Positions 23,001-37,150 of a DNA stretch of 64,000 nucleotides are shown here, in pieces; positions within the stretch are counted from its first letter, which is position 1, and each line of letters begins with the position of its first letter. This DNA is from Macrostomum lignano. Its lineage: Eukaryota. The translations under genes and the position numbers were made by a program. The notes under the pieces were generated by a model. The model was not told the origin of the DNA and searched no databases. It was given only the letters and a program-made list of their open reading frames with translations. Location of the stretch: the NCBI GenBank assembly GCA_002269645.1, contig NIVC01002258.1, forward strand, positions 124,001-188,000, read 5' to 3'.

Positions 23001-26000
23001 AATTGAAATCCCACCCAGTAATATTTGAAATCCCACCCAGTAATAATTGAAATTCCACCCAGTAATAATTGAAATCCCACCCAGTAATAATTGAAATCCC
23101 ATCCAGTAATATTTGAAATCCCACCCAGTAATATTTGAAATCCCATCCAGTAATAATTGAAATCCCATCCAGTAATAATTGAAATCCCACCCAGTAAAAT
23201 TGAAATCCCATCCAGTAATAATGAAATCCCATCCAGTAATATTTGAAATCCCACCCAGTAATATTTGAAATCCCATCCAGTAATAATTGAAATCCCATCC
23301 AGTAATATTTGAAATCCCATCCAGTAATATTTGAAATCCCATCCAGTAATACTTGAAACCCCATCCATCCAGTAATAATTGAAATCCCATCCAGTAATAT
23401 TTGAAATCCCATCCAGTAATATTTGAAATCCCATCCAGTAATAATTAAATCCCATCCAGTAATATTTGAAACCCATCCATCCAGTAATAATTGAAATCCC
23501 ATCCAGTAATATTTGAAATCCCATCCAGTAATATTTGAAATCCCATCCAGTAATAATTGAAATCCCATCCAGTAATATTTGAAATCCCATCCAGTAATAC
23601 TTGAAAATCCATCCAGTAATAATTGAAATCCCATCCAGTAATATTGAAATCCCATCCAGTAATAATTGAAATCCCATCCAGTAATATTTGAAATCCCATC
23701 CAGTAATAATTGAAATCCCATCCAGTAATAATTGAAATCCCATCCAGTAATAATTGAAATCCCATCCAGTAATAATTGAAATCCCATCCAGTAATAATTG
23801 AAATCCCATCCAGTAATAATTGAAATCCCATCCAGTAATATTGAAATCCATCCAGTAATAATTGAAATCCCATCCAGTAATAATTGAAATCCCATCCAGT
23901 AATATTTGAAATCCCATCCAGTAATATTTGAAATCCCATCCAGTAATATTGAAATCCCATCCAGTAATAATTGAAATCCCATCCAGTAATAATTGAAATC
24001 CCACCAGTAATAATTGAAATCCCATCCAGTAATAATTGAAATCCCATCCAGTAATATTTGAAATCCCATCCAGTAATATTTGAAATCCCATCCAGTAATA
24101 TTGAAATCCCATCCAGTAATAATTGAAATCCCATCCAGTAATAATTGAAATCCCATCCAGTAATATTTGAAATCCCATCCAGTAATATTGAAATCCCATC
24201 CAGTAATATTGAAATCCCATCCAGTAACATTTGAAATCCCATCCAGTAATATTGAAATCCCATCCAGTAATATTTGAAATCCCATCCAGTAAATTTGAAA
24301 TCCCATCCAGTAATATTTGAAATCCCATCCAGTAATAATTGAAATCCCATCCAGTAAATTTGAAATCCCATCCAGTAATAATTGAAATCCCATCCAGTAA
24401 TAATTGAAATCCCATCCAGTAATATTTGAAATCCCATCCAGTAATATTGAAATCCCATCCAGTAATAATTGAAATCCCATCCAGTAATAATTGAAATCCC
24501 ATCCAGTAATAATTGAAATCCCATCCAGTAATAATTGAAATCCCACCCAGTAATATTTGAAATCCCATCCAGTAATAATTGAAATCCCATCCAGTAATAA
24601 TTGAAATCCCACCCAGTAATAATTGAAATCCCATCCAGTAATAATTGAAATCCCATCCAGTAATAATTGAAATCCCACCCAGTAATATTGAAATCCCATC
24701 CAGTAATAATTGAAATCCCACCAGTAATAATTGAAATCCCACCCAGTAATAATTGAAATCCCATCCAGTAATAATTGAAATCCCACCCAGTAATATTGAA
24801 ATCCCATCCAGTAATAATTGAAATCCCATCCAGTAATAATTGAAATCCCACCCAGTAATAATTGAAATCCCATCCAGTAATAATTGAAATCCCATCCAGT
24901 AATATTGAAATCCCATCCAGTAATAATTGAAATCCCACCAGTAATAATTGAAATCCCACCAGTAATATTTGAAATCCCACCAGTAATAATTGAAATCCCA
25001 CCAGTAATAATTGAAATCCCACCCAGTAATATTGAAATCCCATCCAGTAATAATTGAAATCCCACCCAGTAATATTGAAATCCCATCCAGTAATAATTGA
25101 AATCCCATCCAGTAATAATTGAAATCCCACCCAGTAATAATTGAAATCCCATCCAGTAATAATTGAAATCCCATCCAGTAATATTTGAAATCCCACCAGT
25201 AATATTTGAAATCCCATCCAGTAATAATTGAAATCCCATCCAGTAATATTTGAAATCCCATCCAGTAATATTTGAAATCCCATCCAGTAATATTGAAATC
25301 CCATCCAGTAATATTGAAATCCCATCCAGTAATATTTGAAATCCCATCCAGTAATATTTGAAATCCCATCCAGTAATAATTGAAATCCCATCCAGTAATA
25401 TTTGAAACCCATCCATCCAGTAATATTGAAATCCCATCCAGTAATATTTGAAATCCCATCCAGTAATATTTGAAATCCCATCCAGTAATAATTGAAATCC
25501 CATCCAGTAATATTTGAAATCCCATCCAGTAATATTGAAATCCCATCCATCCAGTAATAATTGAAATCCCATCCAGTAATATTTGAAATCCCATCCAGTA
25601 ATAATTAAATCCCATCCAGTAATATTTGAAACCCCATCCATCCAGTAATAATTGAAATCCCATCCAGTAGTAATTGAAATCCCATCCAGTAATAATTGAA
25701 ATCCCACCCAGTAAGAATTGAAATCCCATCCAGTAATAACTGAAATCCCATCCAGTAATATTTGAAATCCCATCCAGTAATACTTGAAACCCATCCATCC
25801 AGTAATAATTGAAATCCCATCCAGTAATAATTGAAATCCCATCCAGTAATATTTGAAATCCATCCAGTAATATTTAAAATCCCATCCAGTAATACTTGAA
25901 ACCCATCCAGTAGTAATTGAAATCCCATCCAGTAATAATTGAAATCCCACCCAGTAAGAATTGAAATCCCATCCAGTAATAACTGAAATCCCATCCAGTA

Positions 26001-29000
26001 ATATTTGAAATCCCATCCAGTAATATTTGAAATCCCATCCAGTAATAATTGAAATCCCATCCAGTAATAATTGAAATCCCATCCAGTAATATTTGAAATC
26101 CAATCCAGTAATATTTGAAATCCCATCCAGTAATACTTGAAACCCATCCATCCAGTAATAATTGAAATCCCATCCAGTAATATTTGAAATCCCATCCAGT
26201 AATAATTAAATCCCATCCAGTAATATTTGAAACCCCATCCATCCAGTAATAATTGAAATCCCATCCAGTAATATTTGAAATCCCATCCAGTAATATTTGA
26301 AATCCCACCAGTAATATTTGAAATCCCATCCAGTAGTAATTGAAATCCCATCCAGTAATAATTGAAATCCCACCCAGTAATAATTGAAATCCCATCCAGT
26401 AATAACTGAAATCCCATCCAGTAATATTTGAAATCCCACCAGTAATAATTGAAATCCCACCCAGTAAGAGTTGAAATCCCATCCAGTAATAACTGAAATC
26501 CCATCCAGTAATATTTGAAATCCCACCCAGTAATAATTGAAATCCACCCAGTAATAATTGAAATCCCACCAGTAATAATTGAAATCCCATCCAGTAATAT
26601 TTGAAATCCCACCCAGTAATATTTGAAATCCCATCCAGTAATAATTGAAATCCCATCCAGTAATAATTGAAATCCCACCCAGTAATAATTGAAATCCCAT
26701 CCAGTAATATGAAATCCCATCCAGTAATATTTGAAATCCCACCCAGTAATATTTGAAATCCCATCCAGTAATAATTGAAATCCCATCCAGTAATATTTGA
26801 AATCCCATCCAGTAATATTTGAAATCCCATCCAGTAATACTTGAAACCCATCCATCCAGTAATAATTGAAATCCCATCCAGTAATATTTGAAATCCCATC
26901 CAGTAATATTTGAAATCCCATCCAGTAATAGTTAAAATCCCATCCAGTAATATTTGAAACCCCATCCATCCAGTAATAATTGAAATCCCATCCAGTAATA
27001 TTTGAAATCCCATCCAGTAATATTTGAAATCCCATCCAGTAATAATTGAAATCCCATCCAGTAATATTTGAAATCCCATCCAGTAATACTTGAAACCCCA
27101 TCCATCCAGTAATAATTGAAATCCCATCCAGTAATATTTGAAATCCCATCCAGTAATAATTGAAATCCCATCCAGTAATATTTGAAATCCCATCCAGTAA
27201 TACTTGAAACCCCATCCATCCAGTAATAATTGAAATCCCATCCAGTAATATTTGAAATCCCATCCAGTAATAATTAAAATCCCATCCAGTAATATTTGAA
27301 ACCCCATCCATCCAGTAATAATTGAAATCCCATCCAGTAATATTTGAAATCCCATCCAGTAATATTTGAAATCCCATCCAGTAATAATTGAAATCCCATC
27401 CAGTAATATTTGAAACCCCATCCAGTAATACTTGAAACCCCATCCATCCAGTAATAATTGAAATCCCATCCAGAAATAATTGAAATCCCATCCAGTAACA
27501 TTTAAAATCCCATCCAGTAATATTTGAAATCCCATCCAATAATAATTGAAATCCCATCCAGTAATATTTGAAATCCCATCCAGTAATAATTGAAATCCCA
27601 TCCAGTAACATTTAAAATCCCATCCAGTAATATTTGAAATCCCATCCAGTAATATTTGAAATCCCATCCAGTAACATTTGAAACCCCATCCAGTAATACT
27701 TGAAACCCCATCCATCCAGTAATAATTGAAATCCCATCCAGTAACATTTAAAATCCCATCCAGTAATATTTGAAATCCCATCCAGTAATAATTAAAATCC
27801 CATCCAGTAACATTTGAAATCCCACCCAGTAATAATTGAAATCCCATCCAGTAATAACTGAAATCCCATCCAGTAATATTTTAAATACCATCCAGTAATA
27901 TTTGAAGTACCATCCAGTAATAATTGAAATCCCACCCAGTAATAATTGAAATCCCACCAGTAATAATTGAAATCCCATCCAGTAATAATTGAAATCCCAC
28001 CCAGTAATATTTGAAATCCCATCCAGTAATAATTGAAATCCCACCCAGTAATAATTGAAATCCCACCCAGTAATAATTGAAATCCCATCCAGTAATATTT
28101 GAAATCCCATCCAGTAATAATTAAAATCCCACCCAGTAATATTTGAAATCCCATCCAGTAATAATTGAAATCCCACCCAGTAATAATTGAAATCCCACCC
28201 AGTAATAATTGAAATCCCATCCAGTAATAATTGAAATCCCACCCAGTAATATTTGAAATCCCATCCAGTAATAATTGAAATCCCATCCAGTAATAATTGA
28301 AATCCCACCCAGTAATAATTGAAATCCCACCCAGTAATAATTTAAATCCCATCCAGTAATATTTGAAATCCCATCCAGTAATAATTGAAATCCCATCCAG
28401 TAATATTTGAAATCCCACCCAGTAATATTTGAAATCCCATCCAGTAGTAATTGAAATCCCATCCAGTAATAATTGAAATCCCACCCAGTAAGAATTGAAA
28501 TCCCATCCAGTAATAACTGAAATCCCATCCAGTAATATTTGAAATCCCACCCAGTAATATTTGAAATCCCATCCAGTAATAATTGAAATCCCATCCAGTA
28601 ATATTTGAAATCCCATCCAGTAATATTTGAAATCCCATCCAGTAATACTTGAAACCCCATCCATCCAGTAATAATTGAAATCCCATCCAGTAATATTTGA
28701 AATCCCATCCAGTAATATTTGAAATCCCATCCAGTAATAATTAAAATCCCATCCAGTAATATTTGAAACCCCATCCATCCAGTAATAATTGAAATCCCAT
28801 CCAGTAATATTTGAAATCCCATCCAGTAATATTTGAAATCCCATCCAGTAATAATTGAAATCCCATCCAGTAATATTTGAAATCCCATCCAGTAATACTT
28901 GAAACCCCATCCATCCAGTAATAATTGAAATCCCATCCAGTAATATTTGAAATCCCATCCAGTAATAATTAAAATCCCATCCAGTAATATTTGAAACCCC

Positions 29001-30222
29001 ATCCAGTAATAATTGAAATCCCATCCAGTAATATTTGAAATCCCATCCAGTAATATTTGAAATCCCATCCAGTAATAATTGAAATCCCATCCAGTAATAT
29101 TTGAAACCCCATCCAGTAATACTTGAAACCCCATCCATCCAGTAATAATTGAAATCCCATCCAGAAATAATTGAAATCCCATCCAGTAACATTTAAAATC
29201 CCATCCAGTAATATTTGAAATCCCATCCAATAATAATTGAAATCCCATCCAGTAATATTTGAAATCCCATCCAGTAATAATTGAAATCCCATCCAGTAAC
29301 ATTTAAAATCCCATCCAGTAATATTTGAAATCCCATCCAGTAATATTTGAAATCCCATCCAGTAACATTTGAAACCCCATCCAGTAATACTTGAAACCCA
29401 TCCATCCAGTAATAATTGAAATCCCATCCAGTAACATTTAAAATCCCATCCAGTAATATTTGAAATCCCATCCAGTAATAATTAAAATCCCATCCAGTAA
29501 CATTTGAAATCCCACCCAGTAATAATTGAAATCCCATCCAGTAATAACTGAAATCCCATCCAGTAATATTTTAAATACCATCCAGTAATATTTGAAGTAC
29601 CATCCAGTAATAATTGAAATCCCACCCAGTAATAATTGAAATCCCACCCAGTAATAATTGAAATCCCATCCAGTAATAATTGAAATCCCACCCAGTAATA
29701 TTTGAAATCCCATCCAGTAATAATTGAAATCCCACCCAGTAATAATTGAAATCCCACCCAGTAATAATTGAAATCCCATCCAGTAATATTTGAAATCCCA
29801 TCCAGTAATAATTAAAATCCCACCCAGTAATATTTGAAATCCCATCCAGTAATAATTGAAATCCCACCCAGTAATAATTGAAATCCCACCCAGTAATAAT
29901 TGAAATCCCATCCAGTAATAATTGAAATCCCACCCAGTAATATTTGAAATCCCATCCAGTAATAATTGAAATCCCATCCAGTAATAATTGAAATCCCACC
30001 CAGTAATAATTGAAATCCCACCCAGTAATAATTGAAATCCCATCCAGTAATATTTGAAATCCCATCCAGTAATAATTGAAATCCCACCCAGTAATAATTG
30101 AAATCCCACCCAGTAATAATTGAGATCCCATCCAGTAATAATTAAAATCCCATCCAGTAATAATTGAAATCCCACCCAGTAACATTTGAAATCCCATCCA
30201 GTAATAACTGAGATCCCATCAC
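20092..30222. repeat. About 10.1-kb satellite of a 22-bp unit (ccagtaata(a/t)ttgaaatcccat) filling KANK intron 4
   Basis: Continuous tandem units with 21-26-bp variants and repeated variant blocks. Confidence 0.98.
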
Positions 30223-30311
30223 CTCCCATCTTTCAACGCTTTTGATTAGGACCTAAATCTCACTCTCTAATCCTACCAGAATTCCCTAAATCCCATTGCA
30301 AATCCCTTCAG

Positions 30312-30878
30312 GGCAACACGAGCCTGCACTACGCGGTCAGCCAGTCCAACTGGGCCCTGGTCCGAGCTTTGCTCTCCAGCGGCCTGATCCGAGTGGCCGA
30401 CCTCACCAACAAGTCGGGCTACTCTGCCCCAATGCTAGTCGGCCTGTGCCGCCTACCCTCGTCAACATTGGACTCGAATGGCGAAGCTGAAGACTCGCGC
30501 AGTGCGGCCAGAGACCTGCTGGCCTCGGCTGGCGACATCAACGCTAAATCGGTGCCGAGCGGCCGGACGGCGCTGATGCTGGCAGCCGGACACGGCCGGT
30601 TGGAGTCGCTGCGACTGCTGCTGCAGCTGGGCGCCGATCCCAATCTGCAAGATGATGAAGGATTCACAGCGCTGATGCTGGCAGCTGAGCAGGGTCATCT
30701 GGACTGCGTCCGGGCTCTGCTGGCTCATCCCAATCTGGATGTGGAGCTGCAGAACAACGAAGGTGTCACTGCGTTGAGCCTGGCTTTGGACAGCGGGCAT
30801 CGGGACGCCGCGCTGCAGATCTACGCCAGGGCCAAGCTGGGCGGCCGGGCTGGCAACTTCGGTGTAAGCTGCTGCTGA
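30312..30878 (+). CDS. KANK: KANK coding exon 5 (ankyrin repeats)
   Basis: Acceptor ccttcag|ggc. [14 protein letters not shown]...[10 protein letters not shown]...[12 protein letters not shown]...[19 protein letters not shown]...[13 protein letters not shown] closely matches the KANK ankyrin repeats. Stop at 30876-30878, AATAAA at 31735. The five exons sum to 4179 nt (1392 aa plus stop). Confidence 0.95.
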   Translation, partial: GNTSLHYAVSQSNWALVRALLSSGLIRVADLTNKSGYSAPMLVGLCRLPSSTLDSNGEAEDSRSAARDLLASAGDINAKSVPSGRTALMLAAGHGRLESLRLLLQLGADPNLQDDEGFTALMLAAEQGHLDCVRALLAHPNLDVELQNNEGVTALSLALDSGHRDAALQIYARAKLGGRAGNFGVSCC

Positions 30879-31004
30879 TTGACATGCGTTTGGGTGGGGA
30901 TTGCCACTTCTTGTACTGGGTGTTGGTGAGCGCAAGTGTGAATGCTTGAATGTAAAACTGTGAATGAATAAGGAGTAGTAGGAATAGGTAAATGGAAATG
31001 TTAA

Positions 31005-31655
31005 TAAGTGAGTGGGAGTGTGAATGGGTGAGTGGGAGTGTGAATGGGTGAGTGGGAGTGTGAATGGGTGAGTGGGAGTGTGAATGGGTGAGTGGGAGTG
31101 TGAATGGGTGAGTGGGAGTGTGAATGGGTGAGTGGGAGTGTGAATGGGTAAGTGGAAATGTGAATGAGTAAGTGGGAGTGTGAATGGGTGAGTGGGAGTA
31201 TGAATGGGTGAGTGGGAGTGTGAATGGGTGAGTGGGAGTGTGAATGGGTGAGTGGGAGTATGAATGGGTGAGTGGGAGTATGAATGGGTGAGTGGGAGTG
31301 TGAATGGGTGAGTGGGAGTATGAATGGGTGAGTGGGAGTGTGAATGGGTAAGTGGAAATGTGAATGAGTAAGTGGGAGTGTGAATGGGTGAGTGGGAGTG
31401 TGAATGGGTGAGTGGGAGTATGAATGGGTGAGTGGGAGTATGAATGGGTGAGTGGGAGTGTGAATGGGTGAGTGGGAGTATGAATGGGTGAGTGGGAGTA
31501 TGAATGGGTGAGTGGGAGTGTGAATGGGTGAGTGGGAGTATGAATGGGTGAGTGGGAGTATGAATGGGTGAGTGGGAGTATGAATGGGTGAGTGGGAGTA
31601 TGAATGGGTGAGTGGGAGTGTGAATGGGTGAGTGGGAGTGTGAATGGGTGAGTGG
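31005..31655. repeat. 20-bp minisatellite (gagtgggagtgtgaatgggt), probably in the KANK 3' UTR
   Basis: Tandem units between the KANK stop and AATAAA at 31735. Confidence 0.95.
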
Positions 31656-31784
31656 GATGGCAAGAAGTGTTACTGAGTGCACGTGACTAGATTTTAGCAA
31701 AAACATTATTTACAAAATTTTGCCATATTCAGCAATAAAATTGATTGTGCACTTCATTTTATAGTACTCGTAGGCTGACAGCTG

Positions 31785-31825
31785 ATTGGGCGTGTGGTTT
31801 CCATAGTAACCGGTCGAAAATGGCT
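31785..31825 (+). promoter_or_regulatory. Candidate promoter: reverse CCAAT (ATTGG) + RFX X-box + AAAATGGC
   Basis: ATTGG at 31785-31789. GTTTCCATAGTAAC at 31797-31810 fits the X-box consensus GTHNYY-AT-RRNAAC. Confidence 0.55.
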
Positions 31826-31980
31826 ACTTTGTTGGCCATGAATATTTGTCTAGTTTTCGTTGATTGTTCGTCACAACTTTAATTGATTTGTTTTTGTCTT
31901 TTTAAAAAAGTTTTTTTGCTCACCGTGAGACCCCTCCCAACTACTCTGTTGCTCAAAACTGCGTCACCCATTTTTCACAG

Positions 31981-32060
31981 CCGGCAAACTCATTCGCCGA
32001 GCTCGAAGCTGAGTTAAACAGCTTCGATGATGGACAGCTGGCGGCTGACGAACTCAGCAG
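31981..32060 (+). other. Probable exon of an unresolved small transcript
   Basis: Strong acceptor tttttcacag and donor cag|gtgagt. Reading frame and parent gene are ambiguous. Confidence 0.5.
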
Positions 32061-32399
32061 GTGAGTACGGGTGTGTGCAGTTATTTAGCTGTCAAGTGTG
32101 CCTTAGTATAGTCTACTGTCTGTCTCCTATCTCGCTGTGAAATCTGAGAGCGTCTTGACTCTTTCCAAGCAAACCCTGTCTGACTATGGGTATTGCATTT
32201 TCTATGCAAACAGTGCCGCAAATCTGTGATCTGTGAGGTTTTTAAACTGGCGTGTATGTGTGCGCATCTGCATTACTTATAGTAGTTTAAACTCGTATAG
32301 TAGCAAGGCTTCAGTATCAAGTTTCGAGGTTTCTTGTCAATCTTATCAATCATCCATCTTTTTTATTCTGTTCTATTATTGATTTCGTCTCTCCATCAA

Positions 32400-33055
32400 C
32401 TCAGCTTCATCTCTCGCTCATCTCACCTTCGTATTTCGTTTATCTCATCCTTGTCTCGCTCATCTCACCCTCATCTCACCCTCGTTTCTCCCTCATCTCA
32501 TTCTCATATCACCCTCGTTTCTCCCTCATCTCATCCTCGTCTCTCCCTCATCTCATCCTCATCTCACCATCGTTTCTCCCTCATCTCATCCTCATCTCAC
32601 CCTCGTTTCTCCCTCATCTCCTCATCTCACCCTCGTTTCTCCCTCATCTCATTCTCATATCACCCTCGTTTCTCCCTCATCTCATCCTCATCTCTCCCTC
32701 ATCTCATCCTCATCTCACCATCGTTTCTCCCTCATCTCATCCTCATCTCACCCTCGTTTCTCCCTCATCTCCTCATCTCACCCTCGTTTCTCCCTCATCT
32801 CATCCTCGTCTCTCCCTCATCTCACCCTCATCTCACCCTCGTTTCTCCCTCATCTCATCCTCGTCTCTCCCTCATCTCACCCTCGTTTCTCCCTCATCTC
32901 GTTCTCGTCTCTCCCTCGTCTCCCTCATCTCATCATCGTCTCTCCCTCATCTCACGCTCTTCTCTCCCTCATCTTACGCTGTTCTTTCCCTCGTCAGTCG
33001 TCTCCATCATCTCATCCTCGTCTCTCCCTCATATCACTCTCGTCTCTTCTTTATA
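32400..33055. repeat. Pyrimidine-rich (ctcat/ctcgt) low-complexity repeat
   Basis: Read directly. Confidence 0.9.
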
Positions 33056-33959
33056 ATCTCTCCCTCTTCAGCCTCCTGTCTCACCTACGTAGCACCTCGA
33101 CCTTTCTTTTTGCCTTTTATCTCTCCTTCTTCTCTCCCCCATCTCGTCCCCTTTTCTCTCCCTCTTCCTCTACTCACCTGTCCAGCTCCACAAGCAGCAA
33201 GAACAATCAGTCAAAACCCACCCACACCACCCCCCATTGCAGCCTCCTACTAATGGAAGAGCCCATTGAACAGCAGCAGCAGTCTCGCAAATGCAGCACA
33301 AAATCAGCTGAAATGTCAGCAGCTGATTCAGTTGAAACAGAGGAAACCATTGAATTGGTAATTCAATTCAATTGTCACAAGTTTTAAATGAGATTGCTAA
33401 GAGAATAATAACCAAATAAACTTCAGCTAACAATTAGAACTAACAGTGAATCATAAATCTGCTTTGCTGTATGCGCAAATTAAAGATTGTCGGCAACACT
33501 GGAGGCATCGCCCTTGCGGTTGAGTCGCCGCCTCTGAACTCAACTGGATTGAGCAGTTTAATTCAACTGCTAATGCTGATCACCTGCATAGTGCTCACTG
33601 TGCTATTCAGCATTGAGGTCTTGCCAGCCAGTAAGATTGCTGAGCTCTCGGCTTCCCCTGAACTTTTATTCCATTGTTTCCTAGTCGGATTTTTCTGGTA
33701 GCTGCTTTGTTCCCAACTGTGTTCGTCCACCGATATGGATCTGCGAGTATTTAGGCTGTGTGTTGTGCTTTCTTACTTTTCTTATAACAGCTAATTATGG
33801 ATTGAGCACCCGTTTATACTTTTTTATTTATTATTTTTTGGTTGTTGGCAATCTTATCTATCACCTGTGTCCGTCTTGCTTATTATTTACCTTCTTTCTT
33901 AAACATATCTTGTTGTGTATTTGGTTATTTATACTTTATGACCACATATAAGCTTTAGC

Positions 33960-34600
<641 letters not shown>

Positions 34601-36679
34601 CTGTTTTTATATTCTATAAAATGCAGACCTGTTGTGTGCGCATTTATGTTTAACATTTTAGTAAACTTTTACCTACCTATAAATGTCGTGTGTGCTTATT
34701 GGTATCGCATATATGCTGCTTGCTAGAAACAGATGTTTTAGTTTGCATTCGGCTGCTATAAGTAGTATTTTGACTCTCGCATTTGCATTTTCCAAGGTTA
34801 TTCGCTCCTCAGTTTAGACTGATTGACGAACCGTAGGTAAAACTTGCGATGTTGATTTGAGAGTTTTCTATTTTGGTAAATGAGATGCATGATTGAAACT
34901 CGGCTCGAATTAAAATCCGACTTTAAAAGCCAGAGTAAAAAATAGTAGAAGTACATTTTGATAAAAATCTCTACAAAGAATATCAGTTATTTAGTTGACT
35001 TATGATCGGTTAAGTTTTGTTTTAATTCCTTCCGGATTTATTGCTTACGTTTTCAAATTGTTTTTTTTATTTAAATATTTCATTTTTCATAATTATTTCA
35101 GAAATACTTAAACTGATTGGAAATGCATTGCTTTTCAGGTCCGGTTCCACTCTGATGTTGTATCGCAGTAACTGAGGTATGGGACGAGTGCGGCGTGTAT
35201 CACTCTAAGTAGTAGTAGTATTTATATCAGGCAGATTACAGCTGATAGCGGCATAGTGTATACCTGTATTCAATTTCATAATTCGTGATTTCTGTCATTC
35301 CTTAATTTCGTTTGGCTCTACTTTAAAGCTTAATTATTTGGCTTACTGCCAAATTTGCTAATAATAAACGTAAAGATTGTTCTTTTGTGTGACCTTGACG
35401 AAAAAGTACTTTATCATTACCTCTTAAATGTACTTTTTACGAGTAATCTAGTAGAAATGAACAGCTATTGAGAAAATTATTAAGTTTCTTTTCCGTTTGG
35501 TGACCTCATTTTTTTGTCAGCTCAAATTGTTTTTTCTTTGTTGTTTTTAGACACTTTTTTCTTTTTTTATTGCGAAAATGTGATACATAGTACTAATAAT
35601 AATCAAATGCAGAACATAAGTAGTGTGTTTAGCAAACTACAATCATTTCTGTACCTGCTAGACAAAACTTAATTTTTTCTTCTAAATTTGTCTACTGTGA
35701 GTAAAGCGAATTGCTTTTTTTGTTTTTTTTTGTTTTGAAGAAGTCGTCTAAAAGCGTATTATGACTGCAGCTGGAGCCGAGGTACCGCTTCAATAGTCCT
35801 TGTCCGCCTGAGAGTGCGTATTTATTAGTTTTTTAAATAAGTTATTAATTTTCAGCTGGCACTGCGTGCCCATTCCATTAATTTGCATTATTTTCTATTC
35901 AAAGTATGTTGCTGTCATGCATCTTAATTTAGACCCACGTTTTTCTGCTTCGTGTACACTCAACATTTTTTTTTCTCCAGGTTCCAAGTTCTTGAAAGTG
36001 ATGTATAGACAAGGCTTGTTTTAATTTGAAATTTGCCATGGATGTATTACTCATTAATATTAATTATCATTGCTTTCCGTCAGCCATCTGATCAGCTTCT
36101 GAGTTGCCTCATCAAATGTATTTTTGTCTATATTTATGTGAACACAAAAATTTATTATTATATTTAGTTCAATATACATGCAGTTAAGCAAAGCTCCTGA
36201 TAAATGATTTCGTCTCTGAAGCATACCCAGCATTTTCCGCTATCGGTTGAAACTCTTACTTTGTTTTATTTGTGTGCTCGAGACTCGTAATAACAAAATC
36301 AGATGCACCAATTCAAATTTTATTTTAGGTGTATATGCGGACCTGCTAATCTTAGACTCTACGCTTTTCATTTGCCACGCTGCGTATGCTATGTAATAAA
36401 TCTAAATACATCAGACCCGCTTACTGAAGGATTCCTAACTTCTGTATTTTCATTTTTTTAACGCAATAGATTTTATTATTAATTTGACTGAAATTTTATT
36501 CAACAAGTTGCTCGTTAATTTGGAATACAGCATGCTATTCTGGCTCATGAAACTTGCAGCCACGGGTCTTATAGCTAAGAGAGCACAGCAGCCTGGCAAC
36601 CAGAGAGCATCCGGAATTGTCTCTTGTTGACGCATTGCTAACTTCCATTCCCTCAGGCAAATGCTGCGGCAGCCAGCCA

Positions 36680-37150
36680 CAAAGGGGAGATGAAGGGGGT
36701 GAAGGGAGTGGATGAAGGTGTGAATAGAGAGGATGTAGGGGAGATAGAGAAGATGAAAGGAGAGGATGAAGGGGGTGAGGGAGAGGATGAAGGGGGTGAG
36801 GGAGAGGATGAAGGGGGTGAGGGAGAGGATGAAGGGGGTGAGGGAGAGGATGAAAGGGGTGAGGGAGAGGATGAAGGGGGTGAGGGAGAGGATGTAGGGA
36901 AGATAGAGAAGATGAAAGGAGAGGATGAAGAGGGTGGAGGGAGAGGATGTGGGGGAGATAGAGAAGATGAAAGGAGAGGATGTAGGGGGGATAGAGAAGA
37001 TGAAAGGAGAGGATGTAGGGGGTAAAAGGAGAGCATGAAGGGGGTGAAAGGAGAGGATGAAGGGGATGAAGAGAGAGGATGCAGGGGGAATGAAGGGAGA
37101 GAATGAAGAGTAGATAGAGAAGATGAAGGAAGAGGATGAAGGGAGAGGAC
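36680..37150. repeat. GA-rich 21-bp repeat (gagggagaggatgaagggggt)
   Basis: Read directly. Confidence 0.9.

Noticed and set aside
20092-30222. CRISPR-like array (repeat contains ATTGAAA)
   Set aside because: Units are head-to-tail with no unique spacers, no cas genes are present, and the context is eukaryotic.
20035-30229. Many long minus-strand ORFs (WDFNYYWMGFQLLLDGISIITG..., up to 1252 aa)
   Set aside because: The 22-bp satellite unit lacks stop codons on the minus strand and cycles through all frames. The region is a KANK intron.
30462-31706. 414-aa minus ORF ([14 protein letters not shown]...)
   Set aside because: Translation of a 20-bp minisatellite plus the antisense of an ankyrin exon.
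35736-35813. Possible box C/D snoRNA (TGAAGA...ccttgtccgc-CTGA)
   Set aside because: Only a roughly 10-nt recalled complementarity to 28S rRNA, a non-canonical C box and no terminal stem. Would need snoScan.
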